This document shows positions 1 to 9,106 of a DNA stretch of 64,000 bases, in pieces. Under the pieces are notes generated by a model, which searched no databases, had not been told where the DNA came from, and was given only the letters and a program-made list of their open reading frames with translations. The stretch's first letter is position 1; each line of letters opens with the position of its first letter. The stretch covers positions 614 through 64,613 of the forward strand of contig CAXTUW010000016.1 of the NCBI GenBank assembly GCA_964247595.1. Reading direction: 5' to 3'. The stretch is from an uncultured Acidobacteriaceae bacterium (lineage in GTDB: Bacteria > Acidobacteriota > Terriglobia > Terriglobales > Acidobacteriaceae). Made by a program: the position numbers and the translations under genes.

Positions 1-1544
1 TTCTTTTCTAAGTACATGACCCCACGCATGCAATCCACGGTCAACGTGAAACGGTTCAGGATGCTCGGGCCGATGTTGCCGGCGTTCGAATTCGGACCAT
101 CCGGCTGTGTTTGGAGCCGAACCACAGGATTGGCTATCTCCAGCTCCCCGATACGCAGCGTATGAAGGCGAGCGAACCAGGCCTCCGGCGAAGGACCACC
201 CAAACCTTTGCCGTTGTAGCCCCTGAAGTGAGCTCCTAGAGTGGTGACGAGTTGATGTTCCTGAACAAAACTGGAATTGAGGAACAGACCGATCTGATTA
301 CCTGTATCCAATAGGAAGACACCGGAGATCCCGTCGGCCTCAGCTTGGATCTCTACACCATTGCTGTCCTTGTGCATAAGCAGAGGAACGGACGTTCCGC
401 TGCCGGTGTACTGAAACGAAGGACCGTCGAAGAAGGTGAGCCGGTTGTGTTCGAAATCAACCCGCACCGCAAAACGCCGCATGAGCTCCCAGCCGACGAT
501 TATCTCCGGATCGCCAGAATCGGAAGGAATGTCGAGCACGTAGAACACCTGATCGCGGACGATCAGATCACCGATGGCCAGCATATCGATATGCGCGGTG
601 TGGACCGTGATCGCGCCCCCAATCGCTCCGAAGTGCACCAGGAAGTTCTCGACCTTCAGCCCCAGCCGCTTGGCAAAGGCGGTGCTCACGATGTTTACGC
701 CGCCGGTGTCAAAGACGGTTGGATAGGGTCCCAGGCCGTTGATCTTCATTTGCATTGTAAGGCCCGCTTTGGCTGGAACGGTGACCTGGCCTGAAGCGGG
801 CATACTGTAATCGGAGTAGAAATGCGGCTGAAAATCAGCTTCGTTCACCGTGGCTGAGGTCGTCAGCTTTGTCGTGATGAGTACGGGCGCATCTGCGGTT
901 ATCCCAATCTGTTTTCGAAAAGGCAGGATGAGGCCATTTCCCATCCGGCGATAGTCGCTAAGATAGGTGGTTCTTTCGGAGTTGGCGATGCGTTCAATGT
1001 GATGAGTGGTTCGGCTGACCCAGAGCGTAAAACCACTGCCGCCGGATAGCTTGAACTGCAGCAGATCATAGGTGGTGTCTTCGGCCTTCACTGGCGACAG
1101 GACCGAGACGGAAGCCCCGCCGAAGTCAGGACGCCACCATCCATTGCTGCTGATGTAGAGATCATCTATATCGCTGGCACTCTTTCCCCCGGGTTTCAGT
1201 TCCACATTCCCAGATTGATCCTCTTCCCAGTCCTGGACCGGCCGGGTGGCATGACTCTCTTTGAAGCCCAGCGCAACTACCTGGGCCCGATCGACGTTGG
1301 CTCCCGTGAGAAGATCCTGCGTGTATTGGAAGCTGCCAAACTTACCTTGGAAGAGCAGAGTGCCTTCAGCATGGAGCTCGGCGATGTGGTTCCAAGCATC
1401 GCCGCCCGTGGCTTGGCGGACCTGAGCGAGAATCGAGGCTGGGGTCGGGGGTTGTTCCTGCAAAGAAGCGAAGGCTCGCTGTGATCCACAGAGGAGCGAC
1501 GCGGACATCAGGAGAGCTTGAGCGATGCGTACAACGCTGGGCAT
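1..1544 (-). CDS. Secreted aspartyl protease family protein with two retropepsin-like domains (3' end runs off window)
   Basis: Not in ORF track. Manual translation gives an open frame from ATG at 1544 (MPSVVRIAQALLMSASLLCGSQRAFA, signal-like) to position 1, with two D-T-G motifs: YPTVFDTGGVNIVS and VFLLDTGNQ. Confidence 0.85.
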   Translation of the reverse strand, partial: MPSVVRIAQALLMSASLLCGSQRAFASLQEQPPTPASILAQVRQATGGDAWNHIAELHAEGTLLFQGKFGSFQYTQDLLTGANVDRAQVVALGFKESHATRPVQDWEEDQSGNVELKPGGKSASDIDDLYISSNGWWRPDFGGASVSVLSPVKAEDTTYDLLQFKLSGGSGFTLWVSRTTHHIERIANSERTTYLSDYRRMGNGLILPFRKQIGITADAPVLITTKLTTSATVNEADFQPHFYSDYSMPASGQVTVPAKAGLTMQMKINGLGPYPTVFDTGGVNIVSTAFAKRLGLKVENFLVHFGAIGGAITVHTAHIDMLAIGDLIVRDQVFYVLDIPSDSGDPEIIVGWELMRRFAVRVDFEHNRLTFFDGPSFQYTGSGTSVPLLMHKDSNGVEIQAEADGISGVFLLDTGNQIGLFLNSSFVQEHQLVTTLGAHFRGYNGKGLGGPSPEAWFARLHTLRIGELEIANPVVRLQTQPDGPNSNAGNIGPSILNRFTLTVDCMRGVMYLEK

Positions 1545-1600
1545 GATGTACGCGAATATAACGTCTGTGACTGCGGAAATCGAACTCTCCTCAGCGCCGC

Positions 1601-2941
1601 TCAGCACCTCTCCAAGACGGCTGCGAAGAACCCATCACCCTGGAAGCCGGTACCTGGCAAAGTTCTTAGAAATTCACCTTGCACCAGCCCTTTCAGCCCC
1701 CCTGCATCCGTTTTGAAGAGTCCCGTCGCATTCATCTCTTGCAAGAGAGGGCTCACGGATTTCACAAGTACATCGCCCGCTGCCTCGTCTTTTTCCAGAA
1801 CGGCCCTTACAACCGCCGCATTCTCCTCCGGTTCCAGGGAACAAGTTGAATACACCAATCGGCCACCCCGTGCGAGCCGCTGCAGAGCCCCACGGAGAAT
1901 CTTCTCCTGCCGCTCCGCCTGCCTCGGCAGATCCTTGGCCTCTAACCGGTGTCGAATCTCGGGATTGCGAGCCAGAGTTCCAGTACCGCTGCACGGGACG
2001 TCGCAAAGGATGAGGTCAAATATCCCTGCATCCTCAGGCAGGCAGGTTGCGTCCGCCAGGCGCACCTCGTATCGGCCACCGGGCAGATCTCGGCCCAATC
2101 GCTGCTCCAGTCTCCGCAGCCGCGTCGGGTTTGCATCGGTGGCCAAGAGAGCCGCTGCAGGCAGTCGGCGACCCAACACCACCGTCTTACCCCCGGGAGC
2201 CGCGCAGCAGTCCCAAACATGTTGCGCGCCCGGCTGACTCGCCGCCGCCAGTTCTGCGACTAAGCGCGATCCGGCATCCATCATGGGCATAGGTAAGGGC
2301 ATGGGCATGGAGTCGCTGACATCGGCCTCGCCAAAAGGATCGCCAGACCTGGGCTCCTGCTGATCGAACGCGCAGATCCCCTCCGCCGCTGTCCGGCCAT
2401 AGGCCTTTACCCACCGCTGCACCAGCCACAATGGATGTCCCAACCGCTCCGCCATCGTCGCGACCGGCTCCACCAACGGTTTGCGGGGTGCCGGCGTCCG
2501 CAGCAGACTCCGCAGCACCGCGTTGACCATACCCGCGGCATGCGCATGTCCCGCCGCGCGTACCAGTTCCACACTCTCGTTCAAGGCCGCATGCGCCGGG
2601 ATCCGCTCTAAATACAAGAGCTGAAACGCTCCCATGCGCAACGCAAGCGCCACCGGCTCTGCCACCTGCAGATCAGGCCGGCTCAACAGCGGCTGCAAGC
2701 GGGCGTCCAAGGCAATCTGCCAACGCAGCACCCCAAGTACCAGCGTGGTCGTCAGATCCTTATCAGGCTGCGAGAGGCCCGCCAGCCCCGGCCCGTGCAG
2801 GAGGTCATCGCTGTGCGCCGAGGTCGCCCCAACGCGCTGCAAAATTTCGTATGCCGCCTTGCGTGCCGGGCTGATCGCTGCCAAAGCCCTGGGCTTTGGA
2901 ACAGCTGTTGTCTTGTGCGGTGGACGGAAGCGCTCAGCCAA
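1601..2941 (-). CDS. rsmB: 16S rRNA m5C methyltransferase RsmB/Sun (NusB-like N-terminus plus SAM-dependent MTase)
   Basis: Motifs DCCAAPGGKT, LCDVPCSGTG, LVYSTCSLEPEEN; def-fmt-rsmB synteny. Start placed at the TTG (2941) overlapping the fmt stop; the ORF track extends to 3106. Confidence 0.9.
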   Translation of the reverse strand: MAERFRPPHKTTAVPKPRALAAISPARKAAYEILQRVGATSAHSDDLLHGPGLAGLSQPDKDLTTTLVLGVLRWQIALDARLQPLLSRPDLQVAEPVALALRMGAFQLLYLERIPAHAALNESVELVRAAGHAHAAGMVNAVLRSLLRTPAPRKPLVEPVATMAERLGHPLWLVQRWVKAYGRTAAEGICAFDQQEPRSGDPFGEADVSDSMPMPLPMPMMDAGSRLVAELAAASQPGAQHVWDCCAAPGGKTVVLGRRLPAAALLATDANPTRLRRLEQRLGRDLPGGRYEVRLADATCLPEDAGIFDLILCDVPCSGTGTLARNPEIRHRLEAKDLPRQAERQEKILRGALQRLARGGRLVYSTCSLEPEENAAVVRAVLEKDEAAGDVLVKSVSPLLQEMNATGLFKTDAGGLKGLVQGEFLRTLPGTGFQGDGFFAAVLERC

Positions 2942-3908
2942 GCCGCTCCCCCGCCCGCAACTGGAAATCCCGTGCAAAGACAGCCCCGGCCATGCGGGGC
3001 TTGCCCTCCAGTTGCACGTCGAGGAGTTCAAGCACGCTGCCTTCAGCGGCTCCCGCCAAAAGGCGCCCTGCCTCCAGGCGCAGCTCACCCCGATCCAGTC
3101 CAACATCTTCGCCTAGCGGCAAAGGCCGCATCGCGTGCACCAGAAACCGCTTACCGCGAAACTCGTCCCAGGCCCCTGGCCACGGGTAAAACCCTCGCCA
3201 GCGATCGTAGGCCTGCTGCGCAGTGACTTCCCCAAGCCTCATCCGCCCATCCTCCCGTGTCAAAATGGGCGCGAGTGTCGCTTGGGAATGGTCTTGAGGC
3301 CGAGGAACGATCGTTCCGCTCTCCAGCCCCGCCAGCGTGCGTACCATGAGGCCAGCCCCAACCTCAGCCAGGCTCAGAAAAAGCTCCTGCGCCGTACCCT
3401 CGGGACGGATGATCATCGACTCTTTGAGCAGCACGTCACCCGTGTCCAGGCCGGCATCCAGCCGCATGGTGGTCACGCCCGTCTCGGTCTCGCCGTTTGC
3501 GACCGCCCATTGAAGTGGTGCCGCTCCTCTGTACTTCGGCAGCAACGATCCGTGCAGATTGATGTTTCCATACCGCGGCAAAGCCAGCATCCAGTCTGGA
3601 ATGATGCGGCCATAGGCCACGACAAGGATGGCATCCGGCCGCAAAGCTTCCAGCCGAGCGCGTAGTTCCTCGTTCCGCTTAATTTTTTCCGGTTGAAGCA
3701 CCGGCAACTGGCATTCGAGCGCCAGCACCTTTACCGGGGGCGCATGCAGCTCCATCTTGCGCCCGGCCGGCCGGTCCGGCTGCGTCAGTACCAGCCCAAC
3801 CTCGTGGCCGGCATGGAGCACGGCGCGCATGGTCGGTACCGCAAACTCCGGAGTTCCACAAAAAACCAGCTTCAATTTCTGGAGCCTCGCATGGCCGCTA
3901 CCACTCAC
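2934..3908 (-). CDS. fmt: Methionyl-tRNA formyltransferase
   Basis: LVFCGTPEFA, LTQPDRPAGR, VVAYGRII, NLHGSLLPKYRGAAP, DAGLDTGD motifs; true start may be TTG at 3875. Confidence 0.97.
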   Translation of the reverse strand: MSGSGHARLQKLKLVFCGTPEFAVPTMRAVLHAGHEVGLVLTQPDRPAGRKMELHAPPVKVLALECQLPVLQPEKIKRNEELRARLEALRPDAILVVAYGRIIPDWMLALPRYGNINLHGSLLPKYRGAAPLQWAVANGETETGVTTMRLDAGLDTGDVLLKESMIIRPEGTAQELFLSLAEVGAGLMVRTLAGLESGTIVPRPQDHSQATLAPILTREDGRMRLGEVTAQQAYDRWRGFYPWPGAWDEFRGKRFLVHAMRPLPLGEDVGLDRGELRLEAGRLLAGAAEGSVLELLDVQLEGKPRMAGAVFARDFQLRAGERLG

Positions 3909-4434
3909 CGTTCCGCTGCAGCTTGCGGATGCGGCGATGTACCAAATCCCGCTTCAGGCGGCTCAGGTGCTCAATAAACAGCACCCCGTGCAGATGATCG
4001 ATCTCGTGCTGCAGCGCGCGCGCCAACAGTTCTTCCCCTTCGACCTCGAAGAACTCGCCCCGGGCATCCTGCGCCCGCACCTTTACCCATGAAGACCGTT
4101 TCACCTTTTCGCGAATCTCCGGCAGGCTCAGGCAGCCTTCCTCCTCATACTGCTCACCCTTGCGATCCACGATCGTCGGGTTCACAAAAACCATCTTCTC
4201 TTCGGGATTTTTCTTGAAGCTTAGATCGATCACCGTGATCTGCTGCGAGACACCAATCTGCGGGGCGGCAAGCCCGATTCCCTGCGCCACATACATGCTC
4301 TCAAACATGTCCTCGACGAATTCAGCCAGCTGCGGCCCAAACTCCTCGACTCTGGCACTCTTACGCGCCAGCACCGGGTCGGGGTACTTGATCACCTCAT
4401 AGATGCGTCGCGGTGTCTCTAAAAGCGTTGCCAT
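3898..4434 (-). CDS. def: Peptide deformylase
   Basis: GIGLAAPQ, EGCLS and QHEIDHLHG motifs. Confidence 0.98.
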   Translation of the reverse strand: MATLLETPRRIYEVIKYPDPVLARKSARVEEFGPQLAEFVEDMFESMYVAQGIGLAAPQIGVSQQITVIDLSFKKNPEEKMVFVNPTIVDRKGEQYEEEGCLSLPEIREKVKRSSWVKVRAQDARGEFFEVEGEELLARALQHEIDHLHGVLFIEHLSRLKRDLVHRRIRKLQRNGEW

Positions 4435-4582
4435 CCGTCTTCTCTTCAGCCCCTATCGTTGCCGATTGTTGAATCTGCCACTCACGAATTCCAACTCGAG
4501 TCCGAAACCGTACGATCGTCCTTCAGGCAGCGTTGAGTAGGCCATGATCTGCGCCGCGCCTTCCCGAGCCCATGAGGCGAAG

Positions 4583-5902
4583 TCAATACGCCCGAATCTG
4601 CTCGCAGTACCCCACGAAATTTCTTTTCAGCTCCCGCAACGAATCCCCACCGAACTTCTCCAGTACCAGCCGCGCAACCGTCAGCGCCACCATGGCCTCT
4701 CCCGCCACACCGGCCGCCGGCACCACGCAAACATCCGAACGTTCATACGATGCCTTGGTCTCCTCCCGGGTGGCAAACGAAACGGAGGGGAGTGGCTTGC
4801 GCAGCGTAGAAATGGGCTTCAGATATCCCCGGACTACCACATCTTTCCCATTGGACATCCCGCCTTCAACCCCGCCGGCATTGTTGCGCTCGCGCTTGAA
4901 CCGGGTAAAGTTTCCATCTCCCCCGAGGCCACCTAGACTGGCCCCACCCATATCTGGCACGCTTAAATCTCGCGCCTCTACATCGTGACTTTCGTGGCCG
5001 TTTTCCTGCGAGGTTGGCTGTGTGACGAACTCGCCTCCACGTCCAACTGGAGTTGCCACTGCACTCGGGGCATAGCCGATCGCATCATGCACCGCTGACC
5101 CCGCCGAGCCGGCCGCTGTCACGCCCCGGCCCAACTCCACCGCCTTGACTGCCTGCAGGCTCATCAGGGCCTGCGCGAGCAATCCATCTAACCGCTCATC
5201 CCAATTCACATGCGTGCCGATTCCCGGCGGCAGCCCGTGCACGACCACCTCGAAGACCCCACCTACCGTATCGCCTGAACGCAGCGCCGCATCGACCTGC
5301 GCCTTCATGCGCGTTTCAGTCCCTTTATCGGCACAGGCCAGCAAAATTTCACTCCGCTGCCCGACAGCTGCGATTTCCGCCCAGCTCACGTCTCGATCCA
5401 GCTCGGCACTCCCGACCCGAATCACATGACTGGCCACCTCAACCCCCAACTGCCGCAGCAGCATCTTGGCAAATGCGCCACAGGCCACCCGCGCCGCCGA
5501 CTCCCGTGCACTTGCTCTTTCCAAAACATAGCGCGCATCTTTAAAGTCATACTTTAAGGCTCCGGCCAAATCCGCGTGCCCGGGCCGGGGGCTCGCCACC
5601 GCTTTATGCTTCTCTGCATCGCCCGCGCCCACGGGCAGCAGCTCCTCCCAGTTAGCCCAGTCGCGGTTGGCCAGCGTCATCGCAATCGGCGCACCGATGG
5701 TTGCGCCATGGCGTACGCCGGAAAGCACATGCGCCGTATCGCGCTCAATGCGCATACGCCCGCCGCGGCCATACCCCTGCTGCCGGCGCCAAAGCTCCCG
5801 GTCCAGAAACTCCTGATCGAACGGAATACCCGCAGGCAGCCCGGAGACCAGCGCCACCAGCGCCTCCCCATGACTTTCCCCTGCTGTCGAAAACCTCAAC
5901 AT
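4583..5902 (-). CDS. aroC: Chorismate synthase (with about 50-aa internal insertion)
   Basis: TAGESHG, RPGHAD, ERASARESAARVA, NNAGG.EGG.SNG, KPISTL and ERSD motifs. Confidence 0.98.
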   Translation of the reverse strand: MLRFSTAGESHGEALVALVSGLPAGIPFDQEFLDRELWRRQQGYGRGGRMRIERDTAHVLSGVRHGATIGAPIAMTLANRDWANWEELLPVGAGDAEKHKAVASPRPGHADLAGALKYDFKDARYVLERASARESAARVACGAFAKMLLRQLGVEVASHVIRVGSAELDRDVSWAEIAAVGQRSEILLACADKGTETRMKAQVDAALRSGDTVGGVFEVVVHGLPPGIGTHVNWDERLDGLLAQALMSLQAVKAVELGRGVTAAGSAGSAVHDAIGYAPSAVATPVGRGGEFVTQPTSQENGHESHDVEARDLSVPDMGGASLGGLGGDGNFTRFKRERNNAGGVEGGMSNGKDVVVRGYLKPISTLRKPLPSVSFATREETKASYERSDVCVVPAAGVAGEAMVALTVARLVLEKFGGDSLRELKRNFVGYCEQIRAY

Positions 5903-6076
5903 GATCTAGCGATCATAGCAAGCGCGGCCTACCTCGTAGCTTGCTGGACAGATCGAGTAAAGGGCGGCCTCACGCTAGCTCCGTAGTATGCGGCAGCAGC
6001 GCTGCATGTCCATAGAGCCTGCCATGCGCATCCTTCAGCTGCCACACGGTGGCGTCCTCTATGCAGAAGCGACGGC

Positions 6077-6499
6077 TTAACGCATCTCCTCAGTCCGTGG
6101 ATATCGTGCGGTCACCACCGTCGAGATCCCCCCACGCGGCCGGAAGTCACCCTTCACCTCGGCCCATATAGGATCGGCGGCCTTCACTACATCGTTCAGC
6201 ACCTGGTTGGCGATATTCTCTTGAAATATTCCCAGATTGCGGTAGCAGAACAGGTACTCCTTCAGCGATTTGAGTTCCAGGCATCGCTCCCGCGGCATGT
6301 AGCGGATGGTCATCACGCCGAAATCCGGCAGACTTGTCTTAGGGCAAACACTTGTGAATTCCGGATCGTCGATCAGAATCTCATACATCGGAAACTGGTT
6401 CCGAAAGGTTTCAATCGACGGGAAGTTATAGTCCAGTCCCGATTGCGCGTGATCGTCCGTGTAGCCGGTGGTGTAACTGCTCACGCTCGATGTCGTCAT
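6077..6499 (-). CDS. queF: NADPH-dependent 7-cyano-7-deazaguanine reductase (preQ1 synthase, type I)
   Basis: EFTSVCPKTSLPDFG, ELKSLKEYL, RNLGIFQE and PRGGI motifs; GGAGG RBS (6505-6509) before ATG 6499. Confidence 0.95.
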   Translation of the reverse strand: MTTSSVSSYTTGYTDDHAQSGLDYNFPSIETFRNQFPMYEILIDDPEFTSVCPKTSLPDFGVMTIRYMPRERCLELKSLKEYLFCYRNLGIFQENIANQVLNDVVKAADPIWAEVKGDFRPRGGISTVVTARYPRTEEMR

Positions 6500-6504
6500 A
6501 TCTA

Positions 6505-6580
6505 CCTCCATGCAGGCCCGGCTCATGGCCTGGGTGTTTGGGGTGTACCAGCGGGCATCGGCCCGCGATGACCCAGGTCA
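6505..6580 (-). promoter_or_regulatory. Candidate structured 5' leader of queF
   Basis: Stem 6526-6535/6571-6580, inner hairpin 6551-6566, and alternative pairings near the SD; no known riboswitch family recognised. Confidence 0.35.
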
Positions 6581-6581
6581 G

Positions 6582-6633
6582 AAGAAAGGGCTTTAGTCCC
6601 GGCTGAAACAGCCCAGGGCTAAAGCCCTTTCTT
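6582..6633. repeat. REP-like palindrome / possible terminator
   Basis: Perfect 15-bp inverted repeat AAGAAAGGGCTTTAG (6582-6596) / CTAAAGCCCTTTCTT (6619-6633) enclosing GGCTG-AAA-CAGCC. Confidence 0.65.
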
Positions 6634-6673
6634 ACTTACGTAGAGGCGGCCTGAGAAGCTACCTTTGCTTCAT

Positions 6674-7906
6674 TCAGTTACGCCGTCCCAAAGTCGGCCG
6701 ATCGTCCGATGAGGTCGAGGGATTGTTCGTACCGGTGGGGTTATTCGAGTCAGCCGTCCGCCGCAGCGTCGGCTTGTTTCCATTCTTCTTATCGTTCAAG
6801 CCACGCTTGTTTTGGATGCGAGCCAGCCGGGCTTTCACCGTGTCGAACTCCGAGGTCGTCACCATGTACTCCGGACGAGCGGGCAAAACGGTCGCAATCT
6901 CGTTCTCCACATTATCGATGCGATCGGGAGTGGCAGGATGATCGCTGAACGCCCGAGAGATCGCTCCTGGCTTGTGCTTCTGCAAAGCGTCAAGCTTTTC
7001 AAAGATGCTCACCATACCCTGCGGATCATAGCCAGCCTTATACATGTACTGCACACCGAGAAAGTCCGCCTCGGCCTCAAACTGTCGCGAGAACTGCAAA
7101 AAGCTTAATGGCACCGCCAGCTGCGCCGCCTCATAGATGCCGTAGCCGGTCCATGTACCCTGCGTGAAAATCATCAACGGCACAGACCCGATCTGCATGT
7201 AGTTCATGCGGGTCATCTCCCGCGCGGCGTGGTGGGCCGCGACGTGCGAGATCTCATGCGCCATCACGCCGGCCAACTCATCTTCGGAATCGCAGGCAAG
7301 AATCAGCCCGGAGTTGACGTAAAAAAAGCCGCCCGGCAGAGCCATGGCGTTGATCTCGTCCGTATCCAGCACCTTGATCGTGAACGGCACCTTTGAATCC
7401 GAGTTCCGCACGATATTCTGCCCGACCCGGTTCACATACTCCACCACCACGGGATCGGTGACCAGGTGCGAGCTCTTCTCGATCTCCATCGAGTATTGCT
7501 TACCGGTCCCAATCTCCCAATTGGTCGAGTACCAGTTGCCCATACCGCGGCCCCCGATGTTGCGCGTTCCTACAGCCTGCACATCGTCTTCACTGCCCTT
7601 TTTGATATGAGGATCAAGTGCCTCGCCGGGCGAAGGTATGGCATCGGCCTTCGCGGCCGCTGTGCTGTCACCAGCCGGCAACGGCTTCCGTCCTGACGGC
7701 GGAGGTGGTGTTGCAGACGGCACCGGATCTTGGCTGCCACCGGTCGTCGCGAGAACCGGAGCAGGCGTTGTCTGGGCCTGGGGGGTGCTTGCACCCGCGT
7801 TGGGCGTCGAGGCCGGAGGCTGCGCCGTGGTCGTGGAAGACGGCTGCTGCGCGGCGAGGGCACCCGCCGAAACAAGCAGCGAAGCGGCAATAAGTAGGTT
7901 GCGCAT
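6674..7906 (-). CDS. M48 family zinc metallopeptidase (BepA/Oma1-like), secreted
   Basis: Signal peptide MRNLLIAASLLVSAGALAAQQ; INAMALPGG, HEISH (HEXXH), FSRQFEAEAD and SDHPATPDRI motifs. Confidence 0.92.
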   Translation of the reverse strand: MRNLLIAASLLVSAGALAAQQPSSTTTAQPPASTPNAGASTPQAQTTPAPVLATTGGSQDPVPSATPPPPSGRKPLPAGDSTAAAKADAIPSPGEALDPHIKKGSEDDVQAVGTRNIGGRGMGNWYSTNWEIGTGKQYSMEIEKSSHLVTDPVVVEYVNRVGQNIVRNSDSKVPFTIKVLDTDEINAMALPGGFFYVNSGLILACDSEDELAGVMAHEISHVAAHHAAREMTRMNYMQIGSVPLMIFTQGTWTGYGIYEAAQLAVPLSFLQFSRQFEAEADFLGVQYMYKAGYDPQGMVSIFEKLDALQKHKPGAISRAFSDHPATPDRIDNVENEIATVLPARPEYMVTTSEFDTVKARLARIQNKRGLNDKKNGNKPTLRRTADSNNPTGTNNPSTSSDDRPTLGRRN

Positions 7907-8061
7907 GCGATTGGACCTCGGGCGAGTCGAGCTTGTGCGGCTGGGCGCGGCTCTCCGTACCATTTTAGACGCACGAAAGCCTGTTTGGACGCGCTTGCAT
8001 TCGCCCTCTGTTCTCCCGGCTGAACTTCACCGGTCAAACGCTTGCGACACTGCCAAAGCCA

Positions 8062-8556
8062 CTACCAATTGTTATAGGTTGTCCCGTCCGACGCCAAACC
8101 CTGCGAGCCGGAGTGTACATCCCCAATCCCGCCCTGGGTCTCCGTAATGCTCGTCATGTCCTCGCTTTGGGTCGTGTTCCAGGTATCGGATTTGTTCGTC
8201 ATCGGGTCGATCGGCAAGGACTTCAAGTACCCATTCTGGACCAGATCGTCGAGGCTCTGCGGCGCCTGTTCCTTGTCTACCGTGTAGCTGTCGATAGCCC
8301 CGCGCATGGTATGCAGATCTTCTCTCAGTACGGCTTCACGCGCCTTGCGCACCGAGTTCAGATAGCTCGGAATCGCAATCGCCGTCAACAGGCCGATGAT
8401 AGTCATTACGATGATCAATTCGATCAACGTGAAGCCATGCTCAGAGCTGCGACCGGCACGCCGGGACACGCCGAAACGCCGGTTACGGCTCGCGTAATCG
8501 CCTGGTCCCGTCCTGATCGTCTTGGCTGCCATCGTCCTTTTAACTGCCGCTTTCAT
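8062..8556 (-). CDS. Type II secretion/type IV pseudopilin (GspG-like)
   Basis: Prepilin cleavage motif G-FTLIELIIVMTII; LVQNGYLKSLPIDP. Confidence 0.88.
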   Translation of the reverse strand: MKAAVKRTMAAKTIRTGPGDYASRNRRFGVSRRAGRSSEHGFTLIELIIVMTIIGLLTAIAIPSYLNSVRKAREAVLREDLHTMRGAIDSYTVDKEQAPQSLDDLVQNGYLKSLPIDPMTNKSDTWNTTQSEDMTSITETQGGIGDVHSGSQGLASDGTTYNNW

Positions 8557-8571
8557 GCCGACCCTTATGCC

Positions 8572-9084
8572 TCACCATGTGTTGTACTTCGAGCCATTCA
8601 GGGCTGTGCCTGTGCTCTTCGAGTACACGTCAAAGACGTTCTGCCCGCCAAAGCTGTCCGAATCCGGTTCATCCTGGTTGGAACGCAGCCCCCAATCCTT
8701 GGACTTCGTCATGGGATCCAACGGTATCGCGCGCAGGAATCGCACATGCTTGTCCTGAATATCGACTCCGTTCACCAAGGTATCCAGATCCGGAGGATAG
8801 TTCATGGCGTCGGGCTTATTATTGGTCGCGCTCAGCCCGCCAAGATCGGCCGCGTCCTTGTAGGCATCGATCGCCCGCCGCATCGCCCAGAGGTCCGAGC
8901 GCAGCTCGCGCTCCTTGGTACGCTTCACCTGAAACTTCACCAGCGGCACCGCTGCGGAGGACAGGAGCGCCAGAACGGTTACCACGATGATGAGTTCCAC
9001 CAACGTGAGGCCGGCGTCGTCCGGCCAAGACTTCGAGCCCTGACCGGAGACCCTTTTGCACCGCCCTGTATCCAACACCGACAT
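8572..9084 (-). CDS. Type II secretion/type IV pseudopilin (GspG-like)
   Basis: G-LTLVELIIVVTVL prepilin motif; FLRAIPLDPMT. Confidence 0.88.
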   Translation of the reverse strand: MSVLDTGRCKRVSGQGSKSWPDDAGLTLVELIIVVTVLALLSSAAVPLVKFQVKRTKERELRSDLWAMRRAIDAYKDAADLGGLSATNNKPDAMNYPPDLDTLVNGVDIQDKHVRFLRAIPLDPMTKSKDWGLRSNQDEPDSDSFGGQNVFDVYSKSTGTALNGSKYNTW

Positions 9085-9106
9085 CCGGAACGTACCTTCG
9101 TCCTGG

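Noticed and set aside
345-794. 149-aa plus-strand ORF (also 1215-1484)
   Set aside because: Antisense shadow of the aspartyl protease gene; no motifs.
5903-6076. Short inverted repeats between aroC and queF (AGCAAGC/GCTTGCT, CATAGAG/CTCTATG)
   Set aside because: 7-bp arms in GC-rich DNA are not distinguishable from chance.
6505-6580. Assignment to a known preQ1-I/II/III riboswitch
   Set aside because: No A-rich 3' tail or recognisable consensus; kept only as an unclassified candidate.
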